Origin: Thermodesulfobacteriota bacterium | GTDB lineage: Bacteria; Desulfobacterota_D; UBA1144; Nemesobacterales; N074bin48 | Length of the DNA stretch: 16,375 nucleotides | Direction: 5' to 3' | Assembly (NCBI GenBank): GCA_041572575.1 | Contig: JBFFSH010000059.1 | Location: 1-16,375, forward strand | Shown: piece by piece, positions 8,905 to 16,375 of the stretch | Layout of the letters: each line of letters begins with the position of its first letter | How positions within the stretch are numbered: the stretch's first letter is position 1 | Notes under the pieces: generated by a model | Databases searched by the model: none | Seen by the model: the letters and a program-made list of their open reading frames with translations, nothing else | Told to the model about the DNA's origin: nothing | Translations under genes and position numbers: made by a program

Positions 8905-10818
8905 ATGAGCGATTTGATAAATAAAGTAATTCGTCATTATAAAATTACTGACGAGATTGCCCTTGGGGGAATGGGCAAGGTCTATAAAGCAACTAACCAA
9001 AAGCTTAACAGAACAGTTGCGATAAAAGTAGTAAATCCCAACCTTATAAGTAGCCCAAGCATTATCAACAGATTTTATAAGGAAGCAAAAATACAGGCAA
9101 AACTCTCTCATATCAATATAGTTACAGTGTATGATTTTTTTGAGCATAACAATAACCATTTTCTTGTCATGGAATACATGGGCGGAGAGAGTGTTGATAA
9201 AATAATCAAAAAGAACGGGCCTTTTGATATAGTAACTTCTATTTCAATGATGAAGCAGATGCTTGCAGGCATAAGCCATGCGCACTCAAAAGGTGTTATT
9301 CATAAAGACATAAAGACCAGTAATTTTATACTTACCCCTACAGTAATAAAAATTACAGATTTTGGCATTTCACAGTTAATAACCGAAAGCAGTAATGAAA
9401 CAACAAGAATGGGTACTCTGGACTACATGTCTCCTGAGCAGCTTTTGGACAATAAAATTGATTACAGGACAGACTTATATTCATTATCAATTACATTTTA
9501 TGAACTCCTAACAGGCAGGTCTCCTTATAATATTGAGTATAGCTCGGAAAATGAAATCAAAAATGCTCATTTAACTGTAGACCCTGTACCTATTACATCA
9601 ATTATAAAGAATTTTCCTCCTCAGCTCAATCAGATGATTCTAAAAGGTCTATCGAAGGATCCAAATACCAGGTTCCAGTCGGCTGCTGACTATCTCATAG
9701 CCATAGATAAGTTTGTTGAGAATAATAAGTCCAGAAAAATAAACACTATTGAAATTTCAGAGGGAAAGCATTCTACCGGAATTAATTTTAAAAATGTTAA
9801 TTTCTCATTTAATGGTGAGATACAGGATGTTCCATTTCATAAATTACTGGTTGATATATTTAATAGTAAGAAAACTGGTTTTTTATTTATTGATTCGGAG
9901 ATAAAACTTCAGATTTATTTTCAAAACGGCTATATAGCCAATGTAAGTGGGATTATTGATGATCTTACTCTTGGTGAGCTGCTTGTAAGAAGCTCAATAA
10001 TCACTGAAGAAGATCAGAAACAGGCCATAAACTTTTCACTAGAAACTGGTCTTAAGATAGGAGAAGTTCTTATCACAATGAACAAAATTTCTTCTCATGA
10101 TCTAAGCTCAATTCTAGAGGTACAAATTAAAGATAAATTAAACAGAGGGTTTTTACTCAGAAAAGGTAAATACGCATTTAAAGATCTTGATGAAATAAGG
10201 CTTAATATTGCATACAATATCCACCCTCTGCAGGTAATTTACAATCATGTAATCGCCGCAAAATATAAGGGGCTCGATGAAGATCTTCTTAATAATAAAC
10301 TAAATTCAGACTACATAGTCTGCAGCGATATAGAAGATAAATTGAGGGGTGTTGTATTTTCACAATCAAAAGAAGTAAGAATAATAGACCAGCTAAAGAA
10401 CATCAACAAAGAGATAAATCCGGTAAAAGATATAAATATAGACAAAGAAACTAAATTTAACCTCCTTCATTTTCTAACAATATCAGGACTAATAGAGTCA
10501 GCACATTTATCTGAGAGTGATAATACCGATTTAAACACCAATATATCAAAACAAAAGCCTAACGAGACCAAAAAAGTAAAATATGAAATAAAACGCACAT
10601 TATCAAACGGCAAGACTCTATCTTATAAAGAAGAGCTGGATGTACCAACCAAGACACAAGATGATGATACTACTACTAAAGATAATAAAGGAATATTGGG
10701 ACTAGATAAAGAATATAAAGATATTAATAAAATTCCAAAAGAAGATGATGATGACGATAAAACTGTAATATTTACCCCTGAGCAAAGAGAAGAAATAGTC
10801 AGAAAAAACAATAAATAA
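8905..10818 (+). CDS. Soluble Hanks-type Ser/Thr protein kinase with C-terminal DUF4388-like domain, 637 aa
   Basis: IALGGMGKVYKA, VAIK, RFYKEA, HKDIKTSN, KITDFGI, MGTLDYMSPEQ, TDLYSL, RFQSA. Second domain FNGEIQDVPFHKLLVDIFNSKKTGFL...IYFQNGYI...LGELLV...GKYAF fits the DUF4388/PatA-N pattern. No TM segment seen. Confidence 0.9.
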   Translation: MSDLINKVIRHYKITDEIALGGMGKVYKATNQKLNRTVAIKVVNPNLISSPSIINRFYKEAKIQAKLSHINIVTVYDFFEHNNNHFLVMEYMGGESVDKIIKKNGPFDIVTSISMMKQMLAGISHAHSKGVIHKDIKTSNFILTPTVIKITDFGISQLITESSNETTRMGTLDYMSPEQLLDNKIDYRTDLYSLSITFYELLTGRSPYNIEYSSENEIKNAHLTVDPVPITSIIKNFPPQLNQMILKGLSKDPNTRFQSAADYLIAIDKFVENNKSRKINTIEISEGKHSTGINFKNVNFSFNGEIQDVPFHKLLVDIFNSKKTGFLFIDSEIKLQIYFQNGYIANVSGIIDDLTLGELLVRSSIITEEDQKQAINFSLETGLKIGEVLITMNKISSHDLSSILEVQIKDKLNRGFLLRKGKYAFKDLDEIRLNIAYNIHPLQVIYNHVIAAKYKGLDEDLLNNKLNSDYIVCSDIEDKLRGVVFSQSKEVRIIDQLKNINKEINPVKDINIDKETKFNLLHFLTISGLIESAHLSESDNTDLNTNISKQKPNETKKVKYEIKRTLSNGKTLSYKEELDVPTKTQDDDTTTKDNKGILGLDKEYKDINKIPKEDDDDDKTVIFTPEQREEIVRKNNK

Positions 10819-10984
10819 TTACTCTTTTCATAAAAGTTATATTATTGCTAACTTATACATATTAATTAGATATCAATACTTTTTGATATTCTCTCTATAG
10901 ATATATTTTCTCCCTCTTGTAATAAAATTAATATAGTTAATAATGTACGACCTTTTAGAACCGGGAGATTTAGTATAAAGAGTT

Positions 10985-12808
10985 ATGATAAAAAACAATT
11001 TAAGAAATATAGCTATTATTGCACACGTTGATCACGGCAAAACTACTCTTGTGGACGTGATGCTTGGACAAAGCGGAGTGTTCGGAGAGCACCAGCATGT
11101 AGAAGAACGGGTAATGGACTCAATGGATCTGGAAAAGGAGCGCGGTATAACCATTATGGCAAAAAATACCGCACTCATGTATAAAGATATAAAGATTAAT
11201 ATTGTGGATACCCCTGGGCATGCTGATTTTGGTGGGGAAGTAGAAAGAAGCCTTAATATGGTAGACGGCGCTCTGCTTTTGGTAGATTCAAGTGAAGGTC
11301 CGCTGCCACAAACAAGATTTGTTGTAAAAAAAGCATTAGAGAAAAAACTTCCGATTATCCTTGTAATTAACAAGATAGACCGGGCCGACGCCAGACCTGA
11401 AGAGGTAATAGATGAAGTATATGATCTTTTTATTGACCTTGATGCAGACGAACAGCAGATTGAATTTCCTATAGTTTATACAAATGCAAAACTTGGTATT
11501 GCACTCGATAAGCTGAATGAAGAAACAAAAGACCTCAAAATGCTTTTTGAGACTATAGTAAATTCCATTCCGGGTCCTGATTGTGATAATAGCGCTGATA
11601 CACAGTTTCTTATCACCAATCTTGATTATGACAACTATGTAGGAAGGATTGCTATTGGAAGGTTAATGAATGGAGTATTGGAATCAAACAAGACTTATAC
11701 TCTTTGTACCGATAACGATCAAACTACAAATATTAAAACTTCTGTGTGCTATACATATCAGGGATTAAATAAAATAAAGTCTGAAAAAATAGAGGCAGGA
11801 GATATAGCTGCTATAGCCGGTGTTGATGAAATCGATATTGGAGACACAATCTGCACACTTGATAAACCCGCACCACTACCGAGGATAAAAGTGGATGAAC
11901 CCACGATATCTATGATCTTTTATGTAAATAACGGCCCATTTGCCGGAAAGGAAGGAAAATTTTTAACTTCCAGGCATATAAGGGAGCGGCTCGAACGTGA
12001 ACAGATAAGAAATGTAGCAATAAAAGTAAGAGACACAGACAGAGCCGATGCCTTTGAGGTCGCCGGGAGGGGTGAGCTTCAGATGGCAGTGCTCATTGAA
12101 ACCATGAGGCGGGAAGGATATGAACTCATGGTATCCAAGCCCCAGGTAATAACAAAGGAAGAAAACGGTAAAATCACAGAACCTGTTGAAAGAATTTTTG
12201 TAGATGTACCGGAGGATAACGTAGGTGTAGTTACCGAAAAGGTTGCCGAAAGGAAGGGCCGCATGGTAAACCTCAGAAACAATGGAAACGGCAGGGTAGA
12301 CATAGAATTTATTATTACATCAAGGGGACTAATTGGATTTAGGAGTCAGTTCCAGATAGACACCAAAGGAGCTGGCGTCTTAAACACACTGTTTGAAGGT
12401 TATGAGCCATGGTATGGCCCTATCCCTCAAAGATCAACAGGAGCGCTTGTGTCTGACAGATCGGGCAAATCCAACACCTTTGCAAGCCTTGCCATGGTTG
12501 ATAGAGGTGAGCTGTTTATTGATGTGGGTACACCGGTTTATGAGGGAATGATTATTGGGGAGAGAAACAGAAGCGGTGACTTAAACGTTAATATCACAAA
12601 GGAAAAGAAATTAACAAATATGAGAGCGGCTTCTTCAGAAGCTACAGTTGTGCTGAGACCTCCAAGACCCCTATCACTGGATCAGGCAATAGAATTTATT
12701 GCTGAAGACGAGCTTGTAGAAGTAACACCTCTTTGTCACAGACTGAGAAAAATGGAGCTAAATGCCGCTCAAAGAGCCATAAATACCAAGAGAGCTAAAA
12801 AAGAATAG
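10985..12808 (+). CDS. typA: Translational GTPase TypA/BipA, 607 aa
   Basis: [88 protein letters not shown]. Confidence 0.98.
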   Translation: MIKNNLRNIAIIAHVDHGKTTLVDVMLGQSGVFGEHQHVEERVMDSMDLEKERGITIMAKNTALMYKDIKINIVDTPGHADFGGEVERSLNMVDGALLLVDSSEGPLPQTRFVVKKALEKKLPIILVINKIDRADARPEEVIDEVYDLFIDLDADEQQIEFPIVYTNAKLGIALDKLNEETKDLKMLFETIVNSIPGPDCDNSADTQFLITNLDYDNYVGRIAIGRLMNGVLESNKTYTLCTDNDQTTNIKTSVCYTYQGLNKIKSEKIEAGDIAAIAGVDEIDIGDTICTLDKPAPLPRIKVDEPTISMIFYVNNGPFAGKEGKFLTSRHIRERLEREQIRNVAIKVRDTDRADAFEVAGRGELQMAVLIETMRREGYELMVSKPQVITKEENGKITEPVERIFVDVPEDNVGVVTEKVAERKGRMVNLRNNGNGRVDIEFIITSRGLIGFRSQFQIDTKGAGVLNTLFEGYEPWYGPIPQRSTGALVSDRSGKSNTFASLAMVDRGELFIDVGTPVYEGMIIGERNRSGDLNVNITKEKKLTNMRAASSEATVVLRPPRPLSLDQAIEFIAEDELVEVTPLCHRLRKMELNAAQRAINTKRAKKE

Positions 12809-12816
12809 CAATACTT

Positions 12817-13812
12817 TTATTTCCAGAGATTAACAACCACCCTGCCCTTTTGTTTTCCTTCAAGGATAAGGTCTATATTTTCGTTTAACTCTTCAAGTGA
12901 TATCTCATTACATAATTTTTCCAGATTACTTGTTTTCCATGTATTTGCCATTTTATTCCATATCGTCACTCTGCCTTCCATGGGGTAGTTCTGCGAATCA
13001 ACACCAAGCAGATCAACGCCTCTTAGAATAAATGGGTACACATTGGTATTTAACTGATGCCCGCCTACATTTCCGCAGCATGTAACTGTACCATGCTGTT
13101 TAGTGGAATGTATTGCAGTTGCAAGGATGTCTCCTCCTACTGTATCAACTACCCCGGCCCATCTGCCTTTCAAAAGGGGTCTCGATAAATCTACCGAATC
13201 TTCTCTGGATATGACTTCCTTTGCACCTATATCTTTTAGAAACTCAGCCTGATCAGTTTTTCCGGTGGATGCCACTACATCGTATCCAATCTTTGAAAGT
13301 ATTGCTACTGCCGTGCTTCCAACTCCTCCAGTTGCACCTGTTACTAATATCTCTCCATCAGACGGTGTAACACCATTTTTTTCCATTTTATATATACACT
13401 GAGCAGCCGTAAATCCGGCAGTACCAAAAATCATAGCTTCTCTTTGAGAAAGGTTATTTGGTAATTTAACTACCCAATCGGAAGGAACTCTTATGTACTG
13501 TCCAAATCCTCCCGAGGTATTTACTCCCAGATCATAAGCATGGACTATTACTTCATCACCAGCCTTAATACCATCCGAAGATGATTGTTCTACTACTCCT
13601 GAAGAGTCCACGCCGGGAGTATGGGGGTAATTTCTTGTAACACCCTTACTGCCTATAGCAGAAAGAGCGTCTTTATAATTAAGAGATGAATAATTTACTT
13701 TTACAAGAACCTCGCCTTCTGGAAGATCATCAGTAGATCTTTCCTTTATTTCTCTAATGTATTTGTCATCTTCATTTTTACTTACAACGAGCGCTTTAAA
13801 ATTAGTTGCCAA
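12817..13812 (-). CDS. YhdH/YhfP-family MDR oxidoreductase (acryloyl-CoA reductase AcuI-like), 331 aa
   Basis: YSSLNYKDAL, YPHTPGVD, EAMIFGTAGFTAA, ILVTGATGGVGS, VDTVGG, VYPFILRGVDLLGVDS, GRVVV. TTG start at 13812 with AGAGAGGG 8 nt upstream. Confidence 0.92.
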   Translation of the reverse strand: MATNFKALVVSKNEDDKYIREIKERSTDDLPEGEVLVKVNYSSLNYKDALSAIGSKGVTRNYPHTPGVDSSGVVEQSSSDGIKAGDEVIVHAYDLGVNTSGGFGQYIRVPSDWVVKLPNNLSQREAMIFGTAGFTAAQCIYKMEKNGVTPSDGEILVTGATGGVGSTAVAILSKIGYDVVASTGKTDQAEFLKDIGAKEVISREDSVDLSRPLLKGRWAGVVDTVGGDILATAIHSTKQHGTVTCCGNVGGHQLNTNVYPFILRGVDLLGVDSQNYPMEGRVTIWNKMANTWKTSNLEKLCNEISLEELNENIDLILEGKQKGRVVVNLWK

Positions 13813-13840
13813 TGTATTATCCCTCTCTATTATTTATATA

Positions 13841-14488
13841 TTATTCCCAGAACTTCCACCATTTTTTCCTTTTTTGTCTTGATTCCTGCCCCTGCTCAGA
13901 TCCCTTACCGAGTTCTTTCATTTCCTGCTCAGATTTCTTCTCTCTTTGTTTATCAAGACCCTTGTTTGTTTTCTCATCTTTTTCTTTTTTTATCTTATTT
14001 CCCTTTTCTTCTTCATCACTACCGTCTTTATCATCATTATCTTCTTCCTGTTCATCTATATCAGGATCATCCACATCCTCATCTTCTTCATCATTATTAT
14101 CTTTCGATTTATTATTACCTTTTTCTTTATTATCCTTATCCTTACCCTTATTGCTCTTGTTTTCTGATTCCTGAGACTCATCTACATCATCTGATTCATC
14201 ACTGTTTTCTGGATCATTCACTTCAACTTTTTTTCTCTTTCCTTTATTTTTAGATTTACCTTTGCTTTCCTTGTTAATCTTCTTTGAATCACCCATCTCT
14301 TCATGGATATCTTCTAAATCTTCTGAGTCCATGTCATTACCCTTTTGTTTCCCTTTATTGCTTTTATGCTCCTTCATCTTCTGCTCTTTTTTCTGCTGCC
14401 CTTTGGATTTGTCGCCAGGTGCTGCAAATGAAGGTAAAACTGAAGCTGTAACGAATGCTGCTATGATAAATGTTAATAGAATTTTCAT
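13841..14488 (-). CDS. Secreted, highly charged low-complexity protein with Trp-rich C-terminal motif, 215 aa
   Basis: Strong RBS GGGAGG (14497-14502, minus strand). Sec signal peptide (MKILL...LPSFA/A). K/E/D/N/S-rich body; ends RKKWWKFWE. Co-oriented with both neighbours. Confidence 0.85.
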   Translation of the reverse strand: MKILLTFIIAAFVTASVLPSFAAPGDKSKGQQKKEQKMKEHKSNKGKQKGNDMDSEDLEDIHEEMGDSKKINKESKGKSKNKGKRKKVEVNDPENSDESDDVDESQESENKSNKGKDKDNKEKGNNKSKDNNDEEDEDVDDPDIDEQEEDNDDKDGSDEEEKGNKIKKEKDEKTNKGLDKQREKKSEQEMKELGKGSEQGQESRQKRKKWWKFWE

Positions 14489-14565
14489 ATATACTTCCTC
14501 CCGTAAAATTATACTAATTATAATAACTTAGATATTGATTTAAAGTTTACACATAAATTTATTTT

Positions 14566-16149
14566 CTAACTTTGATTTAAATGCGCCCACCTGTTAAATA
14601 GCCACACAGATCTTTGATATAAGTTTGTAAGATGTAAAAACCTCTGTTTATCTACTTTTTCATTTGCTTCATTATATTTAATAAAATTTTCTCTAATTTT
14701 ATGCATCACATCTCCTTTGTCAGAAGTAAGAGTACTGAGAAGAATCAAATCCTCTTGGCTTTGTGACCTTGCAGCATCATTCATGGTTAGACAAAGCAGA
14801 TGCAGGCTTTCTATTAGAACATCTTCCGATTCTATTATTTCATCGACATTGCACGCTGATTTTAGAGCTGTTACAAACTCATTTAGAACATTGTTAAGAC
14901 CATAAATCAAATCCAGATTTGTCTGTAGTTTCATAAGCCTGTCAGCCGTGGTTTTATTCATTTTAGATTTATAAGTTTCAGATAAATACTGTTTAATGTT
15001 TTTAATTAAAGCCCTGTTGGCATTATATAGTATTTCATTATCTACAATCTCTGATTCTGATGTTTCTTTTCTTATATTGTCTATAATTTTAGGGAATCTT
15101 CTGATTATTCTTTGTTTTTCCAAATCGACTAAATCAAGTGAAGCTTCTACATCGTCAATAAAACTTGTTATATACTTTGAAGTGGATAGTCCTTCAGTAT
15201 GATCAAACGGTGTTAGTCTTTGAGCAAATTTATAGATCGGAGACATAAATACTTCTGAAATTAGTCCTTCAACTATACAGCTTAGCATGTATACCATAGC
15301 CACTTTTAATTCAAGAGATACTATGAACATTTCAATTACATATTTTACACCCGCTAAATCAAAATACCTTTCAAATACGAGAACAAATACCATTACTACT
15401 GAAGTAAAAATATAGGTAAGTGATTTATATATGCATATTTCTCTTGCTCTACCGCTAACTCCTTTAGAAAACATATACATTATTGGACCTGAAGCCAGAT
15501 AGGACCCATATACAATCATCATGATCTGATAGAACGATATTTCACCTGCAAGACCTATCGTAATGGCCAAAAGCACAACACCAGCCTGTGATTGTAGGAC
15601 AACTCTTAATACAGCCCCTATTACAAATGCAATAATCAAACCCAAATTCTGATATTCAAAAAGATACTGAAATACAGTTAGATCACTGAAGTTCTTACCG
15701 CTTGATCCAATTATCTGAAAACCATAAAGTAGCATTGCAACGCCAAGAAGTGCGCTCATGTATAGCTTTCTTCTACTGCTCTTTTGAAAGCCGTAAAGAA
15801 TTCCTGTTATTCCCATCAGATAGAGTACTGCAAATTTGATATTAAAAGAGACCAGAAAAACAAGAAGAGTAGTTCCAACCCCAAGCCAGCCAACCATACT
15901 AAGGCCCGTTGTCAGGTTTAAAACATTATTGGATACCATAATGGAAACAATTACAGTAATTCCTGCTGCACTCTGTGATATTGCTCCGGCAACCAAACCC
16001 CAAAACACCCCTATTACCCTGTTATTAATCCATTTAAACAGATGTCTTATTCTACCACTTGAGATTTCCTGAAGGCTGGAGCTTAGTATCCTAAGACCTG
16101 CTATAAAAAGACCGAGACCTGCAAGAAATAGCCCTATTTGTTCGATCAT
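14566..16149 (-). CDS. Na/Pi cotransporter-family (NptA/YjbB-like) membrane protein with PhoU-like helical C-terminal region, 527 aa
   Basis: GLGLFIAGLRILSSSLQEISSGRIR N-terminus. Two repeats with QS-containing motifs and GVGTT; LLGVAMLLYG. About 310 hydrophobic residues followed by a soluble helical domain. Confidence 0.8.
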   Translation of the reverse strand: MIEQIGLFLAGLGLFIAGLRILSSSLQEISSGRIRHLFKWINNRVIGVFWGLVAGAISQSAAGITVIVSIMVSNNVLNLTTGLSMVGWLGVGTTLLVFLVSFNIKFAVLYLMGITGILYGFQKSSRRKLYMSALLGVAMLLYGFQIIGSSGKNFSDLTVFQYLFEYQNLGLIIAFVIGAVLRVVLQSQAGVVLLAITIGLAGEISFYQIMMIVYGSYLASGPIMYMFSKGVSGRAREICIYKSLTYIFTSVVMVFVLVFERYFDLAGVKYVIEMFIVSLELKVAMVYMLSCIVEGLISEVFMSPIYKFAQRLTPFDHTEGLSTSKYITSFIDDVEASLDLVDLEKQRIIRRFPKIIDNIRKETSESEIVDNEILYNANRALIKNIKQYLSETYKSKMNKTTADRLMKLQTNLDLIYGLNNVLNEFVTALKSACNVDEIIESEDVLIESLHLLCLTMNDAARSQSQEDLILLSTLTSDKGDVMHKIRENFIKYNEANEKVDKQRFLHLTNLYQRSVWLFNRWAHLNQS

Positions 16150-16158
16150 ATATTAGTA

Positions 16159-16187
16159 ATTATAATACTCCAAGACTATCCTGATAA
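16159..16187 (-). promoter_or_regulatory. Candidate sigma70 promoter for the Na/Pi-family gene
   Basis: Minus strand TTATCA (16187-16182), 17-bp spacer, TATAAT (16164-16159). The region is AT-rich, so a chance match is possible. Confidence 0.35.
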
Positions 16188-16265
16188 TTGTATATACTAT
16201 ATATATCTAAAATTAGCATATATGATAATAATTAAGGGCATTAGACGTTGTTAGGAGTAGTATAT

Positions 16266-16375
16266 ATGATAAAGAGCAATGATAAAGCGGTATTCATGGC
16301 AATTAACAGTGGGAAAAATATCACGAATTTTTTCACACGCAAAATATGGAAAAAACAAGACATGCAAGAGATGTA
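16266..16375 (+). CDS. N-terminus of an unidentified protein, truncated by the window edge
   Basis: AGGAG at 16253-16257, ATG at 16266, and an open frame to the end: MIKSNDKAVFMAINSGKNITNFFTRKIWKKQDMQEM. The final incomplete codon TA could be a stop. Confidence 0.5.
   Translation, partial: MIKSNDKAVFMAINSGKNITNFFTRKIWKKQDMQEM

Noticed and set aside
8890..12303. Minus-strand ORFs overlapping the kinase and typA
   Set aside because: Antisense shadows with no independent support.
13900..14400. Repetitive TTC/TCA/TTA-rich DNA as a tandem repeat or CRISPR-like array
   Set aside because: There is no fixed-length repeat-spacer structure; the pattern is explained by the low-complexity protein.
13806..14531. 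Plus-strand Ser/Phe/Leu-, His/Tyr- and Ile/Phe-rich ORFs that look like membrane or metal-binding peptides
   Set aside because: They are artefacts of the complement of GAA/GAT/AAA-rich codons. The minus-strand ORF has the RBS and signal peptide.
14717..16072. Short plus-strand ORFs within the Na/Pi-family gene
   Set aside because: Antisense shadows.

Overview
AT-rich, gene-dense bacterial chromosomal segment from a diderm (outer-membrane) organism. Left to right: (1) the 3' end of an IS1595-family (IS1016-like) transposase with a probable terminal inverted repeat abutting the stop codon of the next gene (too short for the ORF track); (2) a 903-aa AsmA-family protein, divergent from (3) a tightly linked cluster of an MMPL/RND transporter, a LolA-like periplasmic protein and a predicted outer-membrane beta-barrel, followed by a secreted TRASH/YHS metal-binding protein; (4) trhO-like tRNA U34 hydroxylase; (5) a soluble Hanks-type Ser/Thr kinase fused to a DUF4388-like domain with a degenerate MshEN-like tandem motif; (6) typA/bipA; (7) three minus-strand genes: a YhdH/AcuI-family oxidoreductase, a secreted charge-blocked low-complexity protein ending in KKWWKFWE, and a Na/Pi-cotransporter-family protein with altered signature motifs; (8) the start of a truncated ORF at the right edge. 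The best candidate for an undescribed system is the AsmA | MMPL-LolA-like-barrel locus, which looks like a complete trans-envelope route for a hydrophobic cargo. All calls come from motif recognition by eye; no searches were run. No rRNA, tRNA or CRISPR array was seen.
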